Under the pieces are notes generated by a model. It was not told the origin of the DNA. It saw only the letters and a program-made list of their open reading frames with translations, and made no database searches. Made by a program: the position numbers and the translations under genes. Of a stretch of 64,000 bases of DNA, positions 10,505-21,208 are shown piece by piece. The first letter of the stretch is position 1. Every line of letters starts with the position of its first letter. The stretch spans positions 1 through 64,000 of the forward strand of contig CAWHCQ010000013.1 in assembly GCA_963827755.1 (NCBI GenBank), read 5' to 3'. Source of the stretch: an uncultured Gammaproteobacteria bacterium. Its GTDB lineage: Bacteria > Pseudomonadota > Gammaproteobacteria > UBA9214.

Positions 10505-10915
10505 TTATGAGTCATCCGATATAACAGTAACGACTACCTGTCGCTCCTTCCTGGGTCCATCGAACTCGCAAAAGAAGATGTTCTGCCAGGTGGAAAGACC
10601 CAGTTGTCCGTCGACAAGGGGGACGGTCTCGGAAGGACCGACCAGCCCCGCCTTGAGATGTGAATCCCCGTTGCCGTCCTGGGCATCATGCAACCAGACG
10701 CCTTTGGGTATCAGCTTGCGCAGCAGGTCGGTCACGTCCGTCTGCACGCTCTCGTCCCAGTTTTCCTGGATCATGATGGCGGCAGTCGCTCCCTGCGCAT
10801 AGACAGAGACGATACCGTTATGCGCTCCGCTCTGACCGGCGAACTCCCGGACCTGTTTGGTGATATCGAACAGCGCCTCGCGACGATCCGTTGCCAGTGT
10901 GATGATTTCGCGCAT
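10505..10915 (-). CDS. yjbQ: YjbQ/UPF0047 family protein
   Basis: ATAAIMIQENWD, HDAQDGNGDSHLKA, LSTWQNIFFCEFDGPR. Confidence 0.9.
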   Translation of the reverse strand: MREIITLATDRREALFDITKQVREFAGQSGAHNGIVSVYAQGATAAIMIQENWDESVQTDVTDLLRKLIPKGVWLHDAQDGNGDSHLKAGLVGPSETVPLVDGQLGLSTWQNIFFCEFDGPRKERQVVVTVISDDS

Positions 10916-10989
10916 TTGAAAAACCTCTTGTAACTTCGTCATTGCAGGGAATACGGTGATGGGCACAATTGTCACCGGCCCCCTTTTTT

Positions 10990-11631
10990 CTATGGCGCCC
11001 GCCGCTCGATGTTCCAGCCGCCATCATCTTCGGTATACACAAAGCGGTCATGCAGCCGGTTGTCACGGGCCTGCCAGAACTCGATCTCGAACGGTCGTAC
11101 GCGGAAACCACCCCAGAACGAGGGCAGGGGTATATTGCCCCGGGCGAACTTGCGCTTGATCTCGTCGACCTTGGCATCCAGCAGCGAGCGGGACGAGATC
11201 ACCTGGCTTTGTGGCGATGCCCAGGCGCCGATCTGGCTGCCGCGCGGGCGTGAGGCAAAGTATTTCATCGATTCCACGGCCGGGATCTTTTCAGCCGTGC
11301 CGCTGATCTTGACCTGCCGTCCAAGTGCGACCCAGGGAAAAAGCAGGCTGACCCGGTTGTTAACCGCGATCTGCCGTGCCTTGGCGCTTTCGTAGTTGGT
11401 GAAAAACACGAAACCGGACTCGTCGTACAGCTTCAGTAGCACGGTACGCAGCCACGGCTGGGCGTTTGCATCGACTGTGGCAAGACTCATGGCATTGGGC
11501 TCGGCGATACCCGAATCGATAGCCTGACTATACCAGCGCTCAAACTGCCTGATCGGGTCCGGGTCCAGCGCTTCGCGTGCGAGTCCATGCCTCATCCAGT
11601 ACTCGCGGAGTTCTTCAAAATTGGCTGCCAT
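10990..11631 (-). CDS. pdxH: Pyridoxamine 5'-phosphate oxidase
   Basis: EPNAMSLAT, RTVLLK, FFTNYES.K, SQIGAWASPQS, EFWQ.R.NRLHDR. Confidence 0.97.
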   Translation of the reverse strand: MAANFEELREYWMRHGLAREALDPDPIRQFERWYSQAIDSGIAEPNAMSLATVDANAQPWLRTVLLKLYDESGFVFFTNYESAKARQIAVNNRVSLLFPWVALGRQVKISGTAEKIPAVESMKYFASRPRGSQIGAWASPQSQVISSRSLLDAKVDEIKRKFARGNIPLPSFWGGFRVRPFEIEFWQARDNRLHDRFVYTEDDGGWNIERRAP

Positions 11632-11707
11632 AGGGGAACAATACTTGGAAGTGGGCGGCAGAGAAAGATTCGTATAAAGGGTTCCAGAGCATAATTATTC
11701 CTGATAC

Positions 11708-11779
11708 AGATTCAAGCGGCAGATGGAAAGCCTGTTGGGCCGATTGACCGAAGAGAAGCGGAAAGACCGACCTCGAAAA
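11708..11779 (+). pseudogene. Possible relic of a RAYT C-terminus
   Basis: Reads RFKRQMESLLGRLTEEKRKDRPRK, resembling the tail of the RAYT at 5840; preceded by gggttccagagcataatt. Confidence 0.35.
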
Positions 11780-11829
11780 GATAACGATTCGCGGGTATTA
11801 TTGCTAACAATTGTGCTTTGACGCCCATC

Positions 11830-13387
11830 ATGGATACGATGCCAAAACCTGATTCGACCACCAGCGACGCAAGCGGACGTTTCCCCAGATTCGTGTTTCT
11901 CGCTCTTTTCCTGCCGATTGCTGCCCTGGTGGTGGTGATCGGTATTTCTCTTGCCTCGGTTCGTACGGAAGCCCGGATCAAGGAGATACTTGATCAGGAC
12001 ATCTCCAGGCTCCACCTCGTCAGCGGGTTTCTTGGCGCCCAGGTTTTGGGTTCACTGCAACATCTGCGCTCTCTTTCAACGGAAACCATTACCATACGGG
12101 CCCTGGATTCACAGGGTCCTGGACAACTGCAGGCACTGGAGTCATCTTTTCTGACGCTCGCGCGACGCAATCCGCAGTATCAACAGGTTCGCTGGATTGA
12201 TGCAACCGGTATTGAGAAGGCAAGGATAATGCGTGACCAGGGAGAGCCTTTCGTGGTGCCCCGGCAGGAACTCCAGGACAAGAGCAGCAGCTATTACTTC
12301 AAAACGGCCAATGCACTCCTGCCGGGTGAACTGTATATCTCCCACCTGGACCTGAATAAGGAGAAGGGCCGGATTGAAATTCCACCGAGACCGGTACTCC
12401 GCATTGCCACGCCGGTGAAGAGCAGTGACCGCAAGCACCTCGGGATTATTGTCATCAACATTGATATGAAATACCTGTTTAATATTATTCATGCCCCTAT
12501 GCAAGCGGAGGAGGATGTAGAGTATTTTCTGATCAATCAGCAAGGGGTTGAATTAAATGCCGGGATTGAGAACCAGAAGGGCGCTGACGGGTCGGAGCAG
12601 GACCTGAATTTTACGCAGACTCACCCGAAAGTCTGGGAGGCAGTCCTGGCGGGCGACTCGGGAAGCCTGAAATTGTCCGATGGATTATGGAGCTGGGAAA
12701 CGCTTTCGCCGGTCGAGACCTTCTACAAGTCGACCCGCATGCTTCCACAACACCTGCTCTCCTTTGACCAGTTGATCACCAATGACTTCTCGCTGACGCT
12801 CATGGTGCATCGCCCCCCCGGTATCTTGAATGAGGTGCGTTCCCGAGAACCGTTTGGTTATCGCACTGGGCATCATTTTCATCCTCTCGGTTTACGGTCT
12901 CTCCCTGTTTTATTATTTGACAGGCCAGGCCCGCGCACGGCGTGCTGACGTGGATGCCGCGTACGCGAGGGCGCGCGAATCAAACATGACGCGGATGAAG
13001 GAACTCGAAGAGCGTTTCCATCGCCTGGTTGAGGCCAGCAGTATTGGCCAGGTGGTCGTTGGCGATGACGGCCGAATTGAAATCTCCAATCCCGCTGCAG
13101 AGCGGATGCTGGGCTATGGAAAAGGGGAGCTCGAAGGTCTCCAGGTGGACGCACTGTTGCCAAGCAGTATGCAACAGAAACACGCACAGCTGCGCGAGCA
13201 ATTCATGCAGGCACCGGAGGCTCGAAGGATGGGTGTGGGCCGCGAACTGGAAGCCGTCAGGAAGGATGGCTCCAGAGTACCCGTGGAAGTGGGCCTGAAT
13301 CCCTACTCAGACCATGGCCGGCCGTTGATTCTGGCGAGTATCATCGACCTGTCAGATCGTGAAAATTTGGGCTCAGATCACGTCTAG
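11830..13387 (+). CDS. Membrane sensor: TM-dCache-TM-PAS with no output domain (frameshift near 12845)
   Basis: YQQVRWID..G.E, LQDKSSSYYF, YISHLDLNKE, P.LRIATPV (Cache); NPAAERMLGY, RKDGSRVPVEVGL (PAS). Confidence 0.8.
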
Positions 13388-13449
13388 AAAGATTATCAGG
13401 GCCCGTTTTATTCTTGTATCAGAGATAAATGTGCTCTGATACCCTTTCT

Positions 13450-13989
13450 TCAATACCTCCCGGCCGCAACGATACGCTGTTGCCAGTATGGATTATCAAG
13501 CGAGGCATAGGACACCTGTTTGCCGCGCGAGGGGGCATGAACAAAACGCCCGTCACCCGCATAGATGCCGACATGGGATACCGGCCGGGAGGTCAGGCGG
13601 AAAAACAGCAGGTCACCCGGTTGCAGGCGGGATTGATGAACCGGGCGGGCATGGCGAAACTGTGCGCTTGTTGTCCGCGGGACGGATATTCCTGCCTTGC
13701 GATAGGCGTAGTACACCAGGCCACTGCAATCGAATCCGCGTGGACTGGCGCCGCCGTAATGATAGGGAACGCCAAGCATGCCGGCGGCGATATCAAGCCC
13801 TTTATGCCGGACTGGCTGCTGTTCGTTTTTTGCAGCTGCCTGGCTTTCAAGCGGCGCGTTCTGTGCAGCGGGTGTGTTCGGCTGCCGGGGAGGTCCAAAA
13901 GCACAGCCTGCAGCCAGGACTGCAGCGAACAGGATGATTGCCGTGCAGGGAATTTTGTGTCGAGGGCGTGTCGCAGGGCCGGGAGTCAT
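13450..13989 (-). CDS. NlpC/P60 (C40) lipoprotein endopeptidase
   Basis: Lipobox LAAGC; GVPYHYGG..P.GFDCSGLV; PGDLLFF; HVGIY..FVHA. Confidence 0.95.
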   Translation of the reverse strand: MTPGPATRPRHKIPCTAIILFAAVLAAGCAFGPPRQPNTPAAQNAPLESQAAAKNEQQPVRHKGLDIAAGMLGVPYHYGGASPRGFDCSGLVYYAYRKAGISVPRTTSAQFRHARPVHQSRLQPGDLLFFRLTSRPVSHVGIYAGDGRFVHAPSRGKQVSYASLDNPYWQQRIVAAGRY

Positions 13990-14060
13990 GTCATGATGCC
14001 GTTATTCCAGGATATCCTGTATATCGGCCTGCCGGTATGTGGCTTGAGTGTACGCGGGTG

Positions 14061-14729
14061 TCAGGGCGCGTTTAGCTGTATATTCAAGTATTTCTGCAGT
14101 CGGGCACGGTGTGCGCTGAATTCACCGGGTGACAGGTATTGCAAGACTTCCTTGCCATCTGTGCTGAGAACAAGGTCCAGTCCCTTGTCCGGATAGAGCA
14201 GGTGTTTTTGCCGCGCGTCAACCTGGATGATCTCTGCGGGCGCGCCGAAACGGGCCTGCGCAATTTCCTCGTCCAGGTTGAAGCTTGGCATGAAGTTAAT
14301 AGCCCTGACCGGTGCCCGGTAGGCAGTCGGGAGGTCATCAGGATGCAGGCGGTACCTGCGTGTGCCGCGGTCCTGAAATGCATGTTCCTGCAAGGCCTCG
14401 AGTGCAGCGGGTTCGATATCCAGCACCAGGATCAGCTTTCCCGTTATCGGGCCAAACGAATGGTGGCTGTAATAGGCCTCCAGGGTGCCGGCCTTGTACG
14501 GTGCCGCGATGATCGCCAGCTTCATGTCGTTGCCCAGCATATCGATCGCCTCGCCGAGCGTGGTTTGCCCCGGGGTGATGCCGAACACCCGCGTGCCCCC
14601 GTCTGGCAGTATATCGATCTGCCAGGGCAGACCCGTCACAGGGTGGTTGTTTTGCTGGTCACTCTTGCCGCAGGACACCAGGCTGACTGCTGTCATGATG
14701 ATCAGCAGCGGGGCAAGGAAATATTTCAT
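14061..14729 (-). CDS. Hypothetical lipoprotein
   Basis: Lipobox LVSC; GLPWQI..VFGITPG.TTL; HLLYP.KGLD. Confidence 0.7.
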   Translation of the reverse strand: MKYFLAPLLIIMTAVSLVSCGKSDQQNNHPVTGLPWQIDILPDGGTRVFGITPGQTTLGEAIDMLGNDMKLAIIAAPYKAGTLEAYYSHHSFGPITGKLILVLDIEPAALEALQEHAFQDRGTRRYRLHPDDLPTAYRAPVRAINFMPSFNLDEEIAQARFGAPAEIIQVDARQKHLLYPDKGLDLVLSTDGKEVLQYLSPGEFSAHRARLQKYLNIQLNAP

Positions 14730-14774
14730 TTGTGTGCGTGCTGCTGACAAAAGGATGCTGACTGCCAGCCTCCG

Positions 14775-16392
14775 TCATTCCCCGACAACATCGAGAGGCA
14801 AGGCGGGCGCTAGCGTAAAAAGTTCCTGCGGCGCGCTGACGCCACGCAAATCATGCACACCGATTGACACAAGCCTGGACGGGAAGTGGCGGGCAAATTC
14901 TGCCGAAACCAGAATAGTTTGATCAAGCGTTTTGCACATGCTTTCGATGCGCGAGGCTTCATTCACGGCCGAACCGATGACGGTGAAGTCAAGTCGTCCC
15001 GGGGTTCCGATATTACCGTACATCAGGTTACCGATGTGCATGCCCACCCCGAAGCCGATGGCTTTTGCGCCGTGTTCTGCCCCTTGTTGATTGATCACCG
15101 CAATGCGGCGTTGTGCATCCCGTGCTGCATCGATGGCATGCCCGGCAGCTTCGGGGCTGTCGGGATCTTCGATGGGGAAAATCGCCAATACCGCGTCGCC
15201 GATGAATTTCAGCACCTCGCCGCCGTGGTCAAGCACCGCACCTGCCATGCAATCGAAAAACTGGTTGAGCATCGCCAGGTATTGTTCACGTTCGAGTGAT
15301 TCTGTGAGTGATGTGGAGTCACGCAAATCACAAAACCAGATGACCGCGTGGATATTTTCACTGTCACCGCGCTTGATCGAACCTTCCAGGACCCGTTGAC
15401 CGCTGTATTTACCGAGGTAGGTGTCGAGTAGTGTAATAGCCGTGCGGCGCAGGGCATGGACCTCAAACAGACGGCTCAATAGCGGAATGATTTCATAAAA
15501 CTGCCCCAGCTCATCGGTCGAGAAACCACCCGCGCGATCCGAGACCAGGCTGATAATGTTGATTTGTCCATCCGAAAACAGCAACGGCATGGCGACATAG
15601 TCGGTAGCGCCCCTGGCATGCAGTTCCTTCAGAATGGGAAAGTCAAATTCTGTGTCGGACGCGTCCATGGAGCGCCGCACACCACCGGCACCGTTCAGGA
15701 TTGGCGCATACGGACTATTCATATGCTCCTGTGTCTCCAGTACTTCGTGTGCCGCACTGCGTGTTTCCACCTCCTGAGTGTCGCGCCACCATGTGTAGCT
15801 TGTAGCGAACAATTGCGGGTGCAAGGTGCGAATAACCAATTGCAGACGAAAAACCGGCACACCGGACGCCAGCAGGCAATTCGATGTCTGGGCTACCAGG
15901 TCGTGAACTGAAGGCGCTTTCCAGGCCTCGCGTAATAACCAGTCGGAAAAACTGTTCAGGTTGGACGGGGCTGAATCCCGTGTTTGTTCGAAGATCTGCG
16001 TTTCGTCCTCATACCAGGCCTGCATCGCATTCCAGGTAAAGGCCAGATAACCCTTGATCTGTTGCGCATCCTCGAGCGGATCATCATAAGTCCACACCAC
16101 ATTCTCGGCGACCTGGTTGCCGGCCGCTATGCTCCAGTACGAGGCGTTTCCCTTGAACGGGCAATGAGTATGATGCTCGGTGCGGCGCAGATAATCCATC
16201 TGCCACATCCTTGCCGGGAAAATAGTACACAGGCGGCAGGCGGGTTTCGTGCACGACTACCGCGTCAATGCTATCCACTATGGTCTCGCCGGAAAATACG
16301 GCCCGCACGCGCTTTGTGCAGGGTTCCACCGTGACCTGGTAGGTAGCCCTGGTATCCGTATTTGTTGTAAATGGCGTGGCAGATTGATCCAT
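14775..16392 (-). CDS. DUF427-fused class III adenylate/guanylate cyclase (one-base frameshift near 16205)
   Basis: DUF427: KRVRAVF.GETI.DS, HETRLPPVYYFP, THCPFKG.ASYW; cyclase: FCDLRDST, KFIGDAVLAIF, DFTVIGSAVNEASRIE. Confidence 0.85.
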
Positions 16393-16699
16393 CGAAAGAG
16401 TATAGGATCAGGACGCCTCTTGAATCAAAGAAGTTGGATACATTTCTCGCCGCTGCAGGCCGGATCAAGCGCGGAGGATCCGGCAGGGGTAAACAATCAG
16501 AGACAGTCCATGTCTTTACAGGGACGCGGGATGCCGGTTCGGAAAATACCCTGCAGATACAATCGACTGAGCGTCTCCTGAACGGGTGGTTCAGCTTCCC
16601 GGATACAACGGCCCCGGCCCTTTGGAAAAATTAACCTGTCCTGCAATTTTGCTAATATGTGTGAATATCAAATCCAGATACCGGAAGGAGAAATTTCGC

Positions 16700-18241
16700 A
16701 TGACAAAATACTGGCTTGTACTGCTGTTAACCGTTTCGCTGCTGGGTGGTTGTTCCGTCAACCCGGTCACCGGCAAAAAAGAACTCACCCTGGTCTCCGA
16801 GGCTCAGGAACTGAGCATCGGCAAACAGCAGTATGCCCCGATGCGCCAGGCGCAGGGGGGTGATTACGTCGTTGATCCGCAGCTGAGCGCCTATGTCAGC
16901 GAGGTGGGCCAGCGCCTGGCGGCGGTGAGTGATCGCAAGCTGCCGTATGAATTCCATGTCCTGAACAATTCATCACCCAATGCCTGGGCGTTGCCGGGCG
17001 GCAAGATCGTGCTTAACCGCGGGCTGTTGACCGAACTGGACAGCGAGGCGGAGATGGCCGCCGTGCTCGGTCACGAGATCACGCATGCGGCGGCAAAGCA
17101 CACCGCGCGCAATCTTTCCCGCGGCATGCTGCTGCAGGGGGCGGTGATGGCCACCGTCCTGGCCACCCAGGACAAGGACTATGCGCAGCTGGCGGAACTC
17201 GGTGCCGGTATCGGTGCCCAGCTGGTGACCCAGAAGTATGGCCGCGATGCAGAACGCGAGGCCGACTATTACGGCATGAAATACATGTCACGCGCCGGTT
17301 ATGACACGCAGGGTGCCGTCGACCTGCAAGAGACCTTTGTAAAACTCTCGGAAGGCAAACAGCAGAACTGGTTGACCGGCCTGTTTGCCAGCCATCCGCC
17401 GTCACAGGAGCGGGTGGATACCAACATACAAACCCTGGCGGAGTTTCCCTCCAGCGGTGAGGCCGGCCGGCAGCGATTTCAGGCCCGGATCGCGCAGCTG
17501 AAAAAAACCAAACCGGCCTACGAGGCCTATGACAAGGGCCGCAAGGCCCTGGCCGAAGGCGATATCAGCCAGGCGCGCCAGCTGGCGCTGCAGGCACGCC
17601 GGATAGAGCCGCGCGAGGCACACTTCGAGGCCCTGCTCGGGGATGTTGAAGAAAAGCGCGGCAACAGCAAGACGGCACTGGCGCACTACAGCAAGGCCAT
17701 GCGCCTGAATGATAATTTTTTCTATTACCCGCTGAAAAAAGGCATCGTCAACGAACAGCTGGGTAACCGGCAACAGGCAAAGCAGGACCTGGACAGGAGT
17801 ATCAAGCTGCTGCCGACCGCCAATGCCTACAATTCCCTCGGCAATATCGCGCGCAGTGAGCGGCGCTACGGGGATGCCAAGACGTACTACGCCAAGGCGG
17901 CAGAGGATAAAACAGACACCGGCAAACTCGCCTATGCTTCGCTGGTCGAACTTGACCTGGCCGACAACCCGGGCAAGTACCTGAAGGTCAATCTCGGTGT
18001 CGACCAGAACAGCAAGGTAATTGCACGGATCATCAACGATACCCCGAAACCTGTAAAGGACATTACCCTCAGCGTTGCCTACGCGGATGCTGCAGGTCGC
18101 AAACGCAGCGGTAAGATGCCCCTGCGCGGCACGCTGCAACCCGGGAAGTCGGTCGATATCGACCTGGGGCTGGGGAAGCTCGACGAGACTGCTCTGCGCA
18201 GCCTGCGCGTCGGTATTACCAGGGCGGACATTGCCCGATGA
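16700..18241 (+). CDS. M48 family zinc metalloprotease lipoprotein with TPRs (BepA-like)
   Basis: Lipobox LGGC; NAWALPGG; HEITH; E.EAD; ASHPP; TPR C-half. Confidence 0.92.
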   Translation: MTKYWLVLLLTVSLLGGCSVNPVTGKKELTLVSEAQELSIGKQQYAPMRQAQGGDYVVDPQLSAYVSEVGQRLAAVSDRKLPYEFHVLNNSSPNAWALPGGKIVLNRGLLTELDSEAEMAAVLGHEITHAAAKHTARNLSRGMLLQGAVMATVLATQDKDYAQLAELGAGIGAQLVTQKYGRDAEREADYYGMKYMSRAGYDTQGAVDLQETFVKLSEGKQQNWLTGLFASHPPSQERVDTNIQTLAEFPSSGEAGRQRFQARIAQLKKTKPAYEAYDKGRKALAEGDISQARQLALQARRIEPREAHFEALLGDVEEKRGNSKTALAHYSKAMRLNDNFFYYPLKKGIVNEQLGNRQQAKQDLDRSIKLLPTANAYNSLGNIARSERRYGDAKTYYAKAAEDKTDTGKLAYASLVELDLADNPGKYLKVNLGVDQNSKVIARIINDTPKPVKDITLSVAYADAAGRKRSGKMPLRGTLQPGKSVDIDLGLGKLDETALRSLRVGITRADIAR

Positions 18242-18265
18242 ATCAGGAAAAGGGGCCAGTGCCCG

Positions 18266-18577
18266 TTAACCCTCATGCTCCAGCCGCCGCAGGCGCTCCC
18301 GCATTGTTTCCATTTCCTCCAGCAAGTCCAGCGCCAGCGCAATACCGGCGAGGTTGAGGCCGAGGTCGCGTTGCAAGTGCATCGCGGTGTGCGCCCTTCG
18401 CAGGCTGGCGCCGGTGAAACGCCACCGTGATTGTTCATGGCCGACGGGTTCCAGCGCGCCTTCTTCAACCAGCGCGATCACCCATTCGGCGGAGCTTGAA
18501 CAGGCGCGGCACAGCTCGTTCAGTGACAGTTCGGTTTGTTCGTCAAGTAGAATTCCGCTGAGTATTTTCTGGTTCAT
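18266..18577 (-). CDS. cbpM: Chaperone modulator CbpM
   Basis: LVEEGALEP, LQRDLGLN.AGIAL.LDLL; follows cbpA. Confidence 0.92.
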   Translation of the reverse strand: MNQKILSGILLDEQTELSLNELCRACSSSAEWVIALVEEGALEPVGHEQSRWRFTGASLRRAHTAMHLQRDLGLNLAGIALALDLLEEMETMRERLRRLEHEG

Positions 18578-18582
18578 GGCGG

Positions 18583-19533
18583 TTACACTCCCAGTTTGCT
18601 GCGCGGGTTATAGGCCAGATCCTGCTCCATTTTGCGATACAGGGCCCTGGCGGCGTCCGTGTCTGCCGGCGGCAGGGTGATTTGCGGCACGACATAGAGG
18701 TCGCCGGGCGGCTTGCCGGGGATGCCGCGTGCCTTCAGGCGCAGCTTGCGTCCGCTGGCGGTGCCCTGCGGGATCTTCAGGTCGACGTGTCCGCCGGGTG
18801 TATTCACCTTGAGGGTCGCACCCAGTGCGGCTTCCCATGGCGTTACCGGCAGGTCGAGATACACATCGCGTCCTTCCACCCGGTAAACCCGGTGAGGCTT
18901 GAACTCGATTTCGAGGTACAGGTCGCCGGCCGGGCCCTTGCCCATGCCGGGTGAGCCCTGCCCGGTCAGGCGGATGCGCTGCCCCTGTTTCACGCCCTTG
19001 GGGATTTTGACGTTCAGGGTGCGTTGCCGGGTCGTCACATGCCCGCTGCTGTCCAGTTCCGGGGTCTGCAGGGTGATGCTGCGCGCGGCCCCCTGGTAGG
19101 CGTCTTCCAGGTCAATCAGCACCTTGGCATGATGGTCCTCGCCCTGCGCGTGGTATCCGGCCTGCCTGTGATCTCCTTGCGCGGCACCGAATCCGTGGCC
19201 GAACAGCGACTCGAAGAAATCGCTGTAGGCGGAGGCGTCGCCGCCGGTAAAGCCGCCACCGCTGAATTCAAAGCCGGCGTCCCAGTCCGGCGGAGGATTG
19301 AAATCCTGGCCCGCCTTCCAGTTCGCGCCCAGCTGATCGTAGGCCGCGCGTTTTTCAGGATCCTTGAGCACCTCGTAGGCCTCGCCGACTTCCTTGAAGC
19401 GTGCTTCGGCATCACGTTCCTTGCTGACGTCGGGATGATATTTACGCGCCAGCTTTCGGTAGGCGCGTTTGATTTCATCCTGGCTGGCGGTGCGTTCGAC
19501 ACCCATGATGGTGTAGTAGTCTTTAAAATCCAT
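18583..19533 (-). CDS. cbpA: Curved DNA-binding DnaJ-class chaperone CbpA
   Basis: J domain with HPD, no zinc finger, DnaJ C-terminal domains. Confidence 0.95.
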   Translation of the reverse strand: MDFKDYYTIMGVERTASQDEIKRAYRKLARKYHPDVSKERDAEARFKEVGEAYEVLKDPEKRAAYDQLGANWKAGQDFNPPPDWDAGFEFSGGGFTGGDASAYSDFFESLFGHGFGAAQGDHRQAGYHAQGEDHHAKVLIDLEDAYQGAARSITLQTPELDSSGHVTTRQRTLNVKIPKGVKQGQRIRLTGQGSPGMGKGPAGDLYLEIEFKPHRVYRVEGRDVYLDLPVTPWEAALGATLKVNTPGGHVDLKIPQGTASGRKLRLKARGIPGKPPGDLYVVPQITLPPADTDAARALYRKMEQDLAYNPRSKLGV

Positions 19534-19582
19534 GCAGGACTCCGGCGGGTGCTTGTCTGACCCGTAATCTATAGACTGGATT

Positions 19583-19610
19583 TAATGGGGACGGAATTAT
19601 TTACCTCAAG
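19583..19610 (-). promoter_or_regulatory. sigma32 (RpoH)-type promoter of cbpA
   Basis: Minus strand CTTGAG-N14-CCCCATTA. Confidence 0.75.
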
Positions 19611-19669
19611 CAGGACTGCCTGCATTTTTCTTTCGTGAAAAACAGCGCCGGCAGCAGTCACAGGCTGTA

Positions 19670-19768
19670 CTACAGCTCAACCAGGTGATTCGGTAATTCA
19701 TTACGGCTATTGTCCTCTGCCGGGAAGTGGCTGGCCAGCAATTCGCTACAGGCGGTAATGGCCGCCGA
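19670..19768 (-). pseudogene. C-terminal relic of a TPM-domain (DUF477-like) protein
   Basis: Minus strand reads AAITACSELLASHFPAEDNSRNELPNHLVEL-stop with no upstream body. Confidence 0.55.
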
Positions 19769-19906
19769 GGGGGGTAATCTTACCTAAATTCAGGGGCGAC
19801 AGATTTATTTTTCCCGACAGGACAAAACCACCCGGCTGGCAGGGTGATGGCGGCGCGGGCGGGTGAGCGAAATTCCGACGGGTTGCTGCCAACCCGTACT
19901 CTCGAT

Positions 19907-21208
19907 TTACGAGTGCAGGGTACTTGCCTGGTGATCAGTACTCGAGAGCGGGTTGCGCCGGCACTGCGGTTTGACCAGCAGTAACTGCGCCGTGCCGATA
20001 ACCTGTTCACGGAAGCCGCCCTCGCAATAGGTGAGGTAATACTCCCACATGCGGATAAATCGTTCCGGGTAGCCGAGGCTGCGTACTTTATCAAGCTGCC
20101 TGAACAGCCTTTCGCGCCACATTTTCAGAGTGGTTGCATAATGCGGGCCGATATCCTCGAGATGGAAAATACGCATATCCGTCGTCTGCGCAATCGAGCT
20201 GCCGAGTGCTGCAACAGAGGGCAGGCAACCGCCCGGGAAGATATAACGCTGGATGAAATCCACGGAATTCTTGGCGCTGTCAAAGCGCTGGTCGGCGATG
20301 GTGATTGTTTGCAGTAACATCATGCCATTTGGTTTCAGCAGTTTGCCGCACTGTTCGAAATAGGTGTCGAAGTAGCGGTGACCGATGGCCTCGATCATCT
20401 CGATGGAAACCAGCTTGTCATAGCTGCCGTCCAGCTCCCTGTAGTCCTTGAAGAGCAGGGTGATCCGGTCTTCCAGGCCGGCATCGCGAATCCGCTGTTG
20501 CGCATAGTCGTGCTGTTGTCTTGAAATGGTGGTGGTCGTGACACGACAACCGTAGTGTTCTGCTGCATACAGGGCAAAGCCGCCCCAGCCGGTACCGATC
20601 TCCAGTACATGGTCGTCCGCTTTGAGTTGCAGCTTTCGGCAGATGGTCTCCAGCTTGTTTTCAGATGCAGTGCGGAGTGAATCATCAGGTGATCTGAATA
20701 TACCGCAGGAATACATCATGCTCTTGTCGAGAAACAGTTCGAACAGTTCGTTGCCGAGGTCGTAATGGGCCTCGATGTTCCTGCGGCTGCCTTTAAGGGT
20801 GTTGCGCTGCAGCCAGCGTTGCAGGAGCTGCAGGGGTTTGCCAAGCCACTTGCTGCCGGATTCGATGTTGCCGATGCAGCTGCGGTTTCGCAGAAACAGG
20901 CGGACAAAGCCGGTCAGGTCATCGCACCGCCAGTAGCCGTTCATGTACGCTTCGCCGGCGCCCAGGGCGCCCCTCAGCAGGATGCAATCGTAGAAACGCC
21001 TGTCGGTCACGGTCATGGTGACCGGTGCCGGGAAGTCAGGCGTCGTTGTCCCGTAAGAGTGCTGTGTATCGCCGTCGTTGATGATCAGCTCGCCAAGCTG
21101 CAAGCCGGACAGGCGTGCCAGGATGATTCGCTTTGCAAGCCGGTTTAAATACCCGGCATCTCTGGCCGGGCTGCTGCAGCCTTCTGGAAATGTCGTTCCG
21201 GTTTTCAT
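19907..21208 (-). CDS. Cyclopropane-fatty-acyl-phospholipid synthase family methyltransferase (UfaM-like)
   Basis: NIEAHYDLGNELF, MMYSC, LEIGTGWGG, SIEMIEAIG, FIQRYIFPGG, RMWEYYL.YCEGGF. Confidence 0.93.
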   Translation of the reverse strand: MKTGTTFPEGCSSPARDAGYLNRLAKRIILARLSGLQLGELIINDGDTQHSYGTTTPDFPAPVTMTVTDRRFYDCILLRGALGAGEAYMNGYWRCDDLTGFVRLFLRNRSCIGNIESGSKWLGKPLQLLQRWLQRNTLKGSRRNIEAHYDLGNELFELFLDKSMMYSCGIFRSPDDSLRTASENKLETICRKLQLKADDHVLEIGTGWGGFALYAAEHYGCRVTTTTISRQQHDYAQQRIRDAGLEDRITLLFKDYRELDGSYDKLVSIEMIEAIGHRYFDTYFEQCGKLLKPNGMMLLQTITIADQRFDSAKNSVDFIQRYIFPGGCLPSVAALGSSIAQTTDMRIFHLEDIGPHYATTLKMWRERLFRQLDKVRSLGYPERFIRMWEYYLTYCEGGFREQVIGTAQLLLVKPQCRRNPLSSTDHQASTLHS

